Positions 45,679-54,741 of a DNA stretch of 64,000 bases are shown here, piece by piece; the stretch's first letter is position 1; every line of letters begins with the position of its first letter. The DNA lies in NCBI GenBank assembly GCA_964632315.1, contig CAZWEM010000007.1, positions 16,571 to 80,570 on the forward strand. The letters are read 5' to 3'. Below the pieces are notes generated by a model, which saw only the letters and a program-made list of their open reading frames with translations, searched no databases and was not told the origin of the DNA. Position numbers and translations under genes: made by a program. This stretch comes from an uncultured archaeon (GTDB taxonomy: Archaea > Asgardarchaeota > Lokiarchaeia > Sigyniarchaeales > SOKP01).

Positions 45679-46551
45679 ATGAAAATATTATTAATTGAAG
45701 ATAATGCAGCTGATATTAAACTTATAGAAGAGTTTTTAAAAAAATCCTCCACTTTTCAATACGAACTTCATTCATTTACGCGTCTTTCAGAAGGATTAGA
45801 TTATGTTAATAATAATGAAGTGGATGTTATCTTACTAGATCTGACCCTACCAGATAGTGATAAAGAATCCTCTCTTGATACGATCCTAGAATACACATCT
45901 AAATATCCTGTTATTATTTTAACTGGATTTGATGATAAAGAAATTGCCTTAAATTCTCTTAAAAAAGGAATTCAAGACTATTTAGTAAAGGGAGATTTAA
46001 CTGATACCATCTTAAATCGTTCGATTTTATATGGAATCGAACGCCACAAAATCAAGCCTGAAGGTGCAATCAAAAAAGAAATCGAATTACCTTTAGATAA
46101 AAAGGATAAATTAATTCTAAACATTTTACAAGATAATTACAAAATATCTTATAAAGAAATAAGTAGTAAAGTGCATCTAGCAGCGAGCACAATCCATAAT
46201 CGCGTACAAAATATGATTACTACGGGGATTATTAAAGAAATCGATACAATTGTGGATCCATATAAAGTCGGTTTTAATACCATTACCATTGTGAGTTTAT
46301 CTGTAGATCCCTTAAAAATAGATGAGATTGCCCAAAAACTAAAAATATATGATAACATTCAACTCATTGCCTCTAGTGGAGGAGAATATAACTTAATAAT
46401 AAAAATTATAGTGGAAAATGAGAAAACCCTCTGGAAATTTATTAATGAAAAAATTAAAACAATTTCGGGAATATCAACCCAAATAAATGTTTCAAGCTTA
46501 ATTGAAATTTTTAAAAACACATCAAGAGTAAAATTTAAAGTAGAAAAATAA
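45679..46551 (+). CDS. Response regulator: REC domain fused to an Lrp/AsnC regulator (HTH + RAM)
   Basis: REC: LLIEDN, LLDLTLPD, ILTG, YLVKG. Lrp: LDKKDKLILNILQDNYKISYKEISSKVHLAASTIHNRV...VDPYKVG...SSGGEYNL. Confidence 0.9.
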   Translation: MKILLIEDNAADIKLIEEFLKKSSTFQYELHSFTRLSEGLDYVNNNEVDVILLDLTLPDSDKESSLDTILEYTSKYPVIILTGFDDKEIALNSLKKGIQDYLVKGDLTDTILNRSILYGIERHKIKPEGAIKKEIELPLDKKDKLILNILQDNYKISYKEISSKVHLAASTIHNRVQNMITTGIIKEIDTIVDPYKVGFNTITIVSLSVDPLKIDEIAQKLKIYDNIQLIASSGGEYNLIIKIIVENEKTLWKFINEKIKTISGISTQINVSSLIEIFKNTSRVKFKVEK

Positions 46552-46556
46552 AAGAT

Positions 46557-47888
46557 TTAAGGAAAAATTCCTCTTAATTCAATAGCTCTTGCTAATCTTG
46601 AAACGGCTATTATATATGCAGCAGTTCTTAAAGTTGTATTTTTCTTCAAAGAGAGATCATAAACTTCCGAAAATGTGTTAACCATAATACCTTCTAATTC
46701 TTGGTTTATTCGATCAAGTTTCCAAAAGTAGCTATGAATATCTTGGATATACTCAAAATAACTTACGCAAACTCCCCCAGCATTTGCTAAAATATCAGGT
46801 ACAACAATTATCCCCCTCTCTCTTAATATTTCATCAGCTTCTGGTGTCGTTGGACCGTTTGCTCCTTCTAAAATTATTCCACAATTAATATTGTCAGCGT
46901 TATCGAGGGTTATCTGATTTTCTATTGCAGCTGGGATTAAGACATCACAATCAATATTTAGTAATTTGTCGTTAGGAATAAATTCGTAGTTTTCTTCCCT
47001 ATAGTCTTTTAAAAAGTGATTTTGATCGACCCATTCTGATAATTTTTTGATATCTAAGCCTTTATTATCATATAATCCCCCACTAATATCTGAAATCGCA
47101 ATAATCTTTGCTCCTTTTTCATATAGTATCCTAGCTATTGTTCCTCCAACGTTTCCAAAACCTTGGACTACGATGCTACTACCTTTGAGAGCTAAATTCA
47201 TTTTTTTATATAATGCATCTAATACATAATATAATCCCATTCCCGTTGCACTTTCTCTTCCCACTGATCCTCCTATTTCTATAGGTTTTCCGGTAACCAC
47301 TCCTGGAACAGAACGCCCTTTCTGCATTGAATACACATCCATAATCCATGCCATTATCCTTTTATCAGTTCCCACATCTGGAGCAGGAATATCAATATCA
47401 GGACCAATAATATTAATGATTTCAGCTGTGTATCTTCTTGTCAGTCTTTCAAGCTCTCCTAATGAAAGTTTTCTTGGATCAACACATACTCCTCCTTTAG
47501 CACCCCCTAAAGGGAGGTTTAATAAGCTGTTTTTCCAAGTCATCCATGTTGCAAGTGCCTTTACTTCATCTAAACACACGTTGGGAGAAAACCGAATGCC
47601 TCCCTTTCCTGGACCCCTGACGGTAGAATGCTGGGCTCTATATCCCTCAAATACTTCAAGTTCTCCATTATCCATAACTACAGGAATTGAAACAATCAGA
47701 GAGCGCTCTACTCTTTTTAGATATTTGGTAATATTTTTGTCTAGTCTCATCTCTTTAGCGACAATGTCGATTTGTTGTTTCGCCATCTCAAAGGGATTTC
47801 GAATTACTTTCTGAGGCCTTTTATATTCTTCTGATGGTTCGATCTCATTTGATACTACTATTGCTTTTTTATAAATAATTCTCCCCAC
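46557..47888 (-). CDS. gdhA: Glutamate dehydrogenase (Glu/Leu/Phe/Val family)
   Basis: RGPGKGGIRF, MTWK, GGAKGG, PAPDVGT, VTGKP, QGFGNVG, EGANGPTT, PDILANAGGV. Confidence 0.95.
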   Translation of the reverse strand: MGRIIYKKAIVVSNEIEPSEEYKRPQKVIRNPFEMAKQQIDIVAKEMRLDKNITKYLKRVERSLIVSIPVVMDNGELEVFEGYRAQHSTVRGPGKGGIRFSPNVCLDEVKALATWMTWKNSLLNLPLGGAKGGVCVDPRKLSLGELERLTRRYTAEIINIIGPDIDIPAPDVGTDKRIMAWIMDVYSMQKGRSVPGVVTGKPIEIGGSVGRESATGMGLYYVLDALYKKMNLALKGSSIVVQGFGNVGGTIARILYEKGAKIIAISDISGGLYDNKGLDIKKLSEWVDQNHFLKDYREENYEFIPNDKLLNIDCDVLIPAAIENQITLDNADNINCGIILEGANGPTTPEADEILRERGIIVVPDILANAGGVCVSYFEYIQDIHSYFWKLDRINQELEGIMVNTFSEVYDLSLKKNTTLRTAAYIIAVSRLARAIELRGIFP

Positions 47889-47902
47889 TTGTTTATTATA
47901 AA

Positions 47903-48069
47903 CGAATAAAGTTCATTCTTAATTTTTTTTGTAAGATTGGTAAAAACGATTAAATACATGTTAATTATGGGGTTTATTGGTTATAAATCTATCGAACAAG
48001 ATACGGGAAATCTATGGGATCTCGAATGATGTTCGATTTATCTCGAAAAGGAATACAAAACTTTAAATA
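47903..48069. promoter_or_regulatory. Divergent gdhA / small-ORF-TauE promoter with 13-bp palindromes
   Basis: CGAAT-AAA-GTTCA 47903-15, CGAAC-AAG-ATACG 47993-48005, CGAAT-GAT-GTTCG 48023-35. TATA-like TTTAAATA 48062-69. Confidence 0.55.
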
Positions 48070-48122
48070 ATGGTGAGTCATTACATTTAATTAAATCTAA
48101 TTATTTGTAATTATATCCTAAA

Positions 48123-48278
48123 ATGACTACTGAATGCAACATTGGAAAAGAAGCAAAAGAAATTGATCGCCTCCCCATTAAAGAAAAGATGAAAATATCA
48201 AAGAACACGTTACATAAATTTCTTGGGGCAATTGGGATATACTTTTTAGTAATGACATTATTTTTTTTTACATTATAG
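48123..48278 (+). CDS. Small protein with C-terminal TM helix (51 aa; not in ORF track)
   Basis: MTTECNIGKEAKEIDRLPIKEKMKISKNTLHKFLGAIGIYFLVMTLFFFTL*; ends 12 nt before the TauE start. Confidence 0.55.
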   Translation: MTTECNIGKEAKEIDRLPIKEKMKISKNTLHKFLGAIGIYFLVMTLFFFTL

Positions 48279-48290
48279 GGTAAATCACCT

Positions 48291-49079
48291 ATGGAATTAT
48301 TGATTCATATAATTCTCATTGCATTTATATTTGAGTCTATGGACTCAATGGCCGGAATGGGTTTTGGAACCGCCTTGACTCCTTTGTTATTAGCTCTTGG
48401 TTATGTCCCGCTTCAGATTGTTCCCACGATCTTAATATCAGAAGCTATAACTGGATTAATTGATAGTTTTTTTGATCATGAATTTGGGAACGTACGCTAT
48501 TCATTCATCCCTCTCAATCAAGCAACGAAAGTGTCATTGATAATGGCATTTTTTGGTTGTTGTGCAATTTTTACATCAATTTTTATTGGTTATTTTGCTA
48601 TCAAATTTCCCCTAAATATTATTAAAATCTATGTAGCAGTTTTGGTTGTTTTTATGGGTTTGTCTGGTTTCATCAAGTTAAAATTAAGTAAGATAGAGAA
48701 TATTGGGTATAAACCAAAACTAATTTATGGATTTTCTGCTTTAGCTGGTTTTAATAAGGGGATTGGAGGAGGAGGGTATGGACCAGTATTAACAATGGGA
48801 CAGATTTTTTCAGGTATATATGAAAAAAGCGCTACTGCTTTAGTTTCTTTTTCGGAATCTATTGTTTCAATAGTTGGGATTTTTACATTCTTTGGGATAA
48901 GTTACGCTGGAATAAATATCGATCTGGTATTGTTACCTTCACTCTTTACGGGAGGATTTTTTGCTGCACTGATTTCACCTTATCTAGTAAGAATCCTTCC
49001 GAATAAATTATGGAAATATCTAATACCTATCTACGCTTTTGGAATAGGTTTATACACATTATTCGAAATTTTTATGTAA
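48291..49079 (+). CDS. Sulfite exporter TauE/SafE family protein
   Basis: DSMAGMGFGTALTPLL and GFNKGIGGGGYGP; about 8 TM helices. Confidence 0.88.
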   Translation: MELLIHIILIAFIFESMDSMAGMGFGTALTPLLLALGYVPLQIVPTILISEAITGLIDSFFDHEFGNVRYSFIPLNQATKVSLIMAFFGCCAIFTSIFIGYFAIKFPLNIIKIYVAVLVVFMGLSGFIKLKLSKIENIGYKPKLIYGFSALAGFNKGIGGGGYGPVLTMGQIFSGIYEKSATALVSFSESIVSIVGIFTFFGISYAGINIDLVLLPSLFTGGFFAALISPYLVRILPNKLWKYLIPIYAFGIGLYTLFEIFM

Positions 49080-49081
49080 TC

Positions 49082-50029
49082 TTATTTCAAAATTGCTAAT
49101 TGCTCTAAAGAAATTTGCTTTGAAAAAATAATATCTTCTTTTAAGATCTCTTTAATTGTAATTAAAATAGTAGTATCAATTATACAATAGGGAAAAGTAA
49201 AAACTATTTCTTCTTCAAATAGCCATTGTTCGACATCAATATTCATTACTTCTTTTTCAAACAAATCGTAAATATGAGAGATTCGAATATTTAGGGCTTC
49301 AAATATCTTCTCTGTTATATTTTTAATTATGATTTCAATTTCTTCACATAAGTTGTTAACTTTTATAGTCTTTACTTCAAAGATATTCTTATCTTCGCTT
49401 AATTTAGAAATTGATTCAAAGATATTAATATTCGAAAAATTTTCCTGAGATATTTGTTCTAGATGAGAAACATTCATTCCCATCGATTCTAAAAAAGTTA
49501 TGGCTTTTTGTAATTTAGTACATTTTGCGTCAGGGAAACCTGTAATAGAGTTTAAAAAAATTGAACATACAAAATTGATAAGTTCTAATACTCGTTTTTT
49601 GAGGATTTCTCCTTTAAGAATTATTTGTTGCTTTTTCACATTTTGTACTATATCATATTTATTTATTTCAGATTCCACAATCGTATAAAGTGAATATTTA
49701 TATCGTTTTATAATGTAATTCTCTAATAAACTTAACAAGTTCTCTCCAATTATATGTAATTCTACAGGTAATATTAGACAAATCGCACAACATTCAAACT
49801 GATTTGAGCTTTCTGAAAACAATTCTAATTTTTTAGCGAAGTATACTTTTTTTCCCAATTCTAAAACTAAGGTGCTGTTTTTTTCTTGTTCATCAAAATA
49901 AAGTGCAAGAGTTCCTAACATTCGTGTTCTTTCGTGATCTAATTTAATAGAATCATAAGGGTATATTACAAAAGGCACGTAACCAAATAATCGGTCAAAA
50001 TATAATAATAATACTTCGAACCTACTCAT
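49082..50029 (-). CDS. Hypothetical protein; N-terminus resembles a longin/uDENN-type domain
   Basis: Probable start ATG 50029: MSRFEVLLLYFDRLFGYVPFVIYP resembles the hhhhhFD..xG.....hP opening of longin/uDENN domains. Fold call is tentative. Confidence 0.5.
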   Translation of the reverse strand: MSRFEVLLLYFDRLFGYVPFVIYPYDSIKLDHERTRMLGTLALYFDEQEKNSTLVLELGKKVYFAKKLELFSESSNQFECCAICLILPVELHIIGENLLSLLENYIIKRYKYSLYTIVESEINKYDIVQNVKKQQIILKGEILKKRVLELINFVCSIFLNSITGFPDAKCTKLQKAITFLESMGMNVSHLEQISQENFSNINIFESISKLSEDKNIFEVKTIKVNNLCEEIEIIIKNITEKIFEALNIRISHIYDLFEKEVMNIDVEQWLFEEEIVFTFPYCIIDTTILITIKEILKEDIIFSKQISLEQLAILK

Positions 50030-50078
50030 TTCCGTTATTTGAGTCTTTTCAAATATAAGAATCACCCTATAAATTATT

Positions 50079-51386
50079 TTAATGACTCGCACACGAGACA
50101 CATGGATCAAAAGATCTTATAATTTGTTGAACATCACATTTAACTCCATTAATATCGCCAGTTTTTTGATATAATCTTCGAGCATAATTCGTTATCATTG
50201 TATTTATGAGTGGAATGTTTATTTCTGTTGCTATGAGCAATTTTACTTCCTTTACTATCTTATTCTCATCAATCTTGTAGTGATGGATCAATGTGCCACG
50301 AGGAGCCTCTAAAATTCCAACACCATCTTTTCTTTCAATTTTTTTTAAATTTGAGAGATTCCTTTTTCCCTTTAGTGCAGGATTATCTAAAATTGCTAAA
50401 GCTTGGTTTGCTTCTACAAAAATTTCAATTAATCTGAGAAAGTTCATAAACAAGGTCGATCTTTTCCAGGATTTATCGAAATTTGTGAAATATTTATCAA
50501 CATCCTCAACGTTATAACTTTCAATCAGATTATAACGTGCAAGAGGACCAACTAAAATGCTTGAATCTTTTTCTAAATTAAAATTGATCCCTCGTAGATC
50601 AGGATCTTTATCAAAATATCTTTCATAATTATTAAATTGAAAGTCTACGGGTTTAGATTGATCGGTGAGTAATCTCAATATACCATTGTATCTTCCGTAA
50701 TTGCCATGAAAATGTTGACTGAGAAATGTTGTATTTGGTAAGGTGAATTGTTCTGGAGGCTCAAAATTTGAAAATAGGTTTATAAATTTATCTAACACAT
50801 AATCTATACTTACAATAACTTTTTGGAAGTAGCGTTTTACGGTTGTAAAATCTTTTTTTATTGGAGTATAAATTACTCCTCCTGGAATTGTATTAATTAA
50901 ATGTACCGAACGACCACCAAATATCTTGTCAATTTCGTTCCCAAATTTGACTAGCTCATACATGTATGAGGTTAATTGAGGATCAAAATGGGTTAATTCA
51001 TATGGATTAGGAACATTTTTAAAATGTCCAAAAATATGTAAAAGATCTGGTAATGCTTGAAAGAAATAATGCATTGAATGAGATTTGATTAGTTCGCCTG
51101 TCAATAATAATTTTCTTAGAAGTATCATTTGTTCATCTGGTTCAACATTAAATATGTGTTCAATTGCCTTGCAACTTACGATACTTTGAGAAGCATGGCA
51201 TAGCCCACATATCCTACTTACAATTCGGGGAAGTTCTATTAATCTCTTTCCAATAAGAATTTGTTCAAATCCTCTTAAAGTATTAATTTCGAAATCTACC
51301 GTGGAAATATTATCATCTTGAAGAATTATTTTTACATTTCCATGGCCTTCTATTCTAGTACATAGATCTACGATCTTTAACATCAT
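50079..51386 (-). CDS. mvhA: [NiFe]-hydrogenase large subunit, group 3 (MvhA-like), atypical
   Basis: TRIEGHG, RGFE, RICGLCHASQ, SHSMH, EAPRGTLIHHY, DPCVSCASH followed immediately by stop. Confidence 0.88.
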   Translation of the reverse strand: MMLKIVDLCTRIEGHGNVKIILQDDNISTVDFEINTLRGFEQILIGKRLIELPRIVSRICGLCHASQSIVSCKAIEHIFNVEPDEQMILLRKLLLTGELIKSHSMHYFFQALPDLLHIFGHFKNVPNPYELTHFDPQLTSYMYELVKFGNEIDKIFGGRSVHLINTIPGGVIYTPIKKDFTTVKRYFQKVIVSIDYVLDKFINLFSNFEPPEQFTLPNTTFLSQHFHGNYGRYNGILRLLTDQSKPVDFQFNNYERYFDKDPDLRGINFNLEKDSSILVGPLARYNLIESYNVEDVDKYFTNFDKSWKRSTLFMNFLRLIEIFVEANQALAILDNPALKGKRNLSNLKKIERKDGVGILEAPRGTLIHHYKIDENKIVKEVKLLIATEINIPLINTMITNYARRLYQKTGDINGVKCDVQQIIRSFDPCVSCASH

Positions 51387-51387
51387 T

Positions 51388-52146
51388 TCACCTCTCTAAA
51401 ACTGGTCTTGAAAATCTGTAGAAAATTCCATCATATTTACGCAAAGTTGCAGATAGATTTATGAGGCTCAAAAAATTAATAACATTTGAAGTATAATCCT
51501 TAGAAATGGGCCCCATACATCCCTCACAAGGCATTCCTTGATTAATACATTTGTGCTCGCATCCTTCTCGTGTAATGGGACCTAAACATAAAATTCCCCT
51601 TTTTAAAAAGCAGATCCCATTTGTTTCAAAATCCGAAATCTCTTCAGGATTAGGTTCAAATCGAGAAATTTCAATTTCTGTGTTTAGAGTTATGTCCGCT
51701 TTTAATGGGCAATTTGCACATAAATTTTTGTTTGATAATTCGATTTCTTTATTTTCGATTATATGTAGTAAAATGTTACCTAACATTTTAGAAGGAGGAG
51801 GACAACCGGGAATAATTCCATCAATTTCTATGTATTTAGAAATAGGTTCTGCATTTTTAACTTTAGAAAGACTCAAGATACCACCAAAAGTAGCACAAGA
51901 TCCTAAAGAAAATACTTTTTTAGCATAATATCTTATAGTTTTAACCAGGTCAATTTGCTCTTTTTCAGAGATGCATCCTTCTATGAGAGCAATATCACAA
52001 TCCTTTATTTCTATTTCATCATTAATAAACGGAAAGATAACGTCTCGGGTTCTCTCGAGAAACTGGGGAAAGATATCTAATGCCATTAACGTTGATATAC
52101 ATCCACTACAAGATGTTAATGAATAAATGAGAATTTTAGGCTTCAA
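51388..52146 (-). CDS. mvhG: [NiFe]-hydrogenase small subunit (MvhG-like)
   Basis: SCSGC, GSCATFGG, PGCPP, CANC, CFL..G.LCLGPITREGC...C...CEGC.GP. TTG start at 52146 after GAGGTGG, overlapping the upstream stop. Confidence 0.88.
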   Translation of the reverse strand: MKPKILIYSLTSCSGCISTLMALDIFPQFLERTRDVIFPFINDEIEIKDCDIALIEGCISEKEQIDLVKTIRYYAKKVFSLGSCATFGGILSLSKVKNAEPISKYIEIDGIIPGCPPPSKMLGNILLHIIENKEIELSNKNLCANCPLKADITLNTEIEISRFEPNPEEISDFETNGICFLKRGILCLGPITREGCEHKCINQGMPCEGCMGPISKDYTSNVINFLSLINLSATLRKYDGIFYRFSRPVLER

Positions 52147-54697
52147 TTTCTCCCACCTCTTCCAATTCTTTGTAAAATTTTTGAATGATTTCAGAAAACT
52201 TACTTCCTTCCACAGCATTTACATGTTTCAATATGACTCGGTGGGCGAATTTTGGACCAAGAATACTCTTTAATAAGTGAACTTTCTTTCTTACGTTCTC
52301 AATACCATCAATGTATCTGCAAGAGTTTTTTCGGCATCCAATGATCAAAATTCCATCAAACCCTAATTCAAAAGATTTTATAATAAAGCTTGAATCGACC
52401 CTTCCGGTACATGGTACTTGAATTATGAAGATATTAGGATAATATGTTATCTTCTTCAATCCAGCATCATCAGCTGCAGCATAACCACAAGATCGACAAC
52501 AAAATGCGATAATTTTAGGCGAATTTTTAAATTTGGAAAATATTTCTATACTTTTTAATATTTTTTCAGAGCTGTCTATGTTCATGCTCAAAGCATTAGT
52601 AGGACAGACGCTTACACAAGTACCACATCCCTTACACTTGAATTTATCAATGTTTAATTTATCAACTTCAAAAGTTATAGCATTATAAGGACATACTTTT
52701 AAGCATAGTCCACAGAGACCACATCTTTCATAATTTATTTCAATTCCTCCAAATTCAGCTAATAAATAATCATTAGAAAGTAAAGAAATTACTTTTAACG
52801 CAACTTGGTTTGCTGATATAATAACCTCCTTATAACTTAATGGCCCAAAAATCGAGCCTGCCCCGTAGACTCCTGAAGCAAGTGTTTCTTCGCTCATAAA
52901 TCCAAAATCATTTAATGTAAAATCCATTTGTTTACGAAGAACTTTTAAATCTTTATTGGGAATTAAATTAGGATTCAGAATTATTAAATCAGAAGGATAT
53001 TCTTTATCATCAGCAACGACAACATTTTGGTTATATGTGTTTTTAATTTCTAACTTTTCAGCGTAATGAATCCTATCATCAAAAATACTAAATCTATATG
53101 AGGGAGTTTTCACCTTATTTTGAATTTGATAAAACACATTTATGTTTATTTCTGGATTCTTTTGGCGAATTTCTTCCATGTATTTTAATACTAAGACGTT
53201 AGCTAAATCTAATTGTGAGTTGCTCTCAGTTGCATTCTGAATTATGGAGATATCATTCGGTACTGCTTTATCTGAAAGACGAATGATTTTTCCTTCTGTT
53301 ATTCCATCTGAAGATAATATTCTTTCAAATTCAGCTGAAGTTATTATATCATTCATTGGATTATGGGAGAAATTATCAAATTTATCAGGAAGGTCAGTAC
53401 CAATAGCAACCACCTTAGTACCTGCTTTAATTCGTATTTCTTCTGGTTTTTGAGATAGATCAATTGCTTTGTTTGGACATGCCCGTTCGCATATTCCGCA
53501 ATTAAGACAGTTCTTTATGTCTTCTTGATCAATTATGGGAGCATATGGATAACAATGAATAAATGGTAAGTATATTATTTTTCGCTCCTCCAAATTAAAC
53601 TCATATTGATTTGGTTTTTGAACACTACATAAATCGATACATTGCTTACAACCAGTACATTTGGTTTCATCTACAAACCTTGGATTTTTTCTTAAATCAA
53701 TGGTAAAATTACCAACCTCTCCAGAGATATTCATAACTTCTGTATTAGTAAAAATTTTGATATTAGATTCTTTTACAAGTTCAGAAATGAATTCTGAAAT
53801 AAAACATATCGAACAATCTCCCATTTCATAAATTTTATGCCATCTTGCTACTTTTCCTCCAAGTGTTGCCGATTTTTCAATTAAATACACTTTTATTCCC
53901 GCCCTTGCTAGATTAAGAGCAACAGTCATCCCAGCAATACCTCCTCCAAGAACTGCGCAACTCCGTTCAACTTCTACCTTTTTAACCCTAATTGCTTTTT
54001 GAAGTATTGCTCTCTCGACTGCAGCTTCTATTAATAATTTAGCTTTTTCTAGGGTTAAAGCAGGATCTATTATTTCGTTTAAATTATTATGAACCCACGC
54101 ACATTGTTCTCTAATATTCGCAAATTCAATATAAGTATGATCAACTGTATTTTCAAAAATATGCTCAAAGAGATGTTGATGAGTCTTGGGAGAACAAGCA
54201 GCAATAACAATCTTATTTAAGTAGTTATCTTTAACCCAATTTTTAATTTGATCAAAATTTTTCTGTTGACATAAATTTTGAAAACGTTTAACTGAAACCA
54301 CGTTTCTTAAACGGGTAATGTAATTCTCAAGTGCGGAAATATTGATAACACTAGAAATTTCCTCATTACAATTACAAATTATTACGCCTACTCTACTGAT
54401 CTCACTTCCTTTGGAGTGAAAATAATCATCTATGTCCTCACCTGAGAGAATTCGTTTATTAAGATTCATAATAGTCATAATCCTTTTGCCATCTTCGGTG
54501 AGAAAATAGGATTTATTATCCTTTCCAATAAGAGAACCAAGTTTCTTAAGGTGAAAATTAAGTTGACCAGTCGTATCTAACCCAAGGCGTTCCATTAACT
54601 CTGTGTAAGGAATATAACCTTCTTTTTCCAAAAGGAGTAAAATTTTTCTTCGAAAAGGGTGGGATAAAATTGAATAAACATCCATTTCTTTTAACAT
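52136..54697 (-). CDS. Fusion protein: winged-helix DNA-binding domain + HdrA-like flavo-FeS protein + MvhD
   Basis: N-term LSHPFRRKILLLL...TGQLNFHLKKL...YFLTEDG. HdrA motifs VGVIICNC, AACSP, NIREQCAWVH, GGGIAG, DCSIC and two ferredoxin modules. MvhD motifs AFCCRSCGYAAAD, CTGRVD, GC....CRY. Confidence 0.9.
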   Translation of the reverse strand: MLKEMDVYSILSHPFRRKILLLLEKEGYIPYTELMERLGLDTTGQLNFHLKKLGSLIGKDNKSYFLTEDGKRIMTIMNLNKRILSGEDIDDYFHSKGSEISRVGVIICNCNEEISSVINISALENYITRLRNVVSVKRFQNLCQQKNFDQIKNWVKDNYLNKIVIAACSPKTHQHLFEHIFENTVDHTYIEFANIREQCAWVHNNLNEIIDPALTLEKAKLLIEAAVERAILQKAIRVKKVEVERSCAVLGGGIAGMTVALNLARAGIKVYLIEKSATLGGKVARWHKIYEMGDCSICFISEFISELVKESNIKIFTNTEVMNISGEVGNFTIDLRKNPRFVDETKCTGCKQCIDLCSVQKPNQYEFNLEERKIIYLPFIHCYPYAPIIDQEDIKNCLNCGICERACPNKAIDLSQKPEEIRIKAGTKVVAIGTDLPDKFDNFSHNPMNDIITSAEFERILSSDGITEGKIIRLSDKAVPNDISIIQNATESNSQLDLANVLVLKYMEEIRQKNPEININVFYQIQNKVKTPSYRFSIFDDRIHYAEKLEIKNTYNQNVVVADDKEYPSDLIILNPNLIPNKDLKVLRKQMDFTLNDFGFMSEETLASGVYGAGSIFGPLSYKEVIISANQVALKVISLLSNDYLLAEFGGIEINYERCGLCGLCLKVCPYNAITFEVDKLNIDKFKCKGCGTCVSVCPTNALSMNIDSSEKILKSIEIFSKFKNSPKIIAFCCRSCGYAAADDAGLKKITYYPNIFIIQVPCTGRVDSSFIIKSFELGFDGILIIGCRKNSCRYIDGIENVRKKVHLLKSILGPKFAHRVILKHVNAVEGSKFSEIIQKFYKELEEVGEIEA

Positions 54698-54741
54698 CCC
54701 TCTGACTTTTTATGATAAATAAATTGATAAATTTTTTAATA

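Noticed and set aside
50079-54697. Selenocysteine recoding in HdrA/MvhD/MvhA, which are selenoproteins in some Lokiarchaeia
   Set aside because: The ORFs have no in-frame TGA and the relevant ligands are Cys (DCSIC, CCRSC, DPCVSC). I identified no SECIS.
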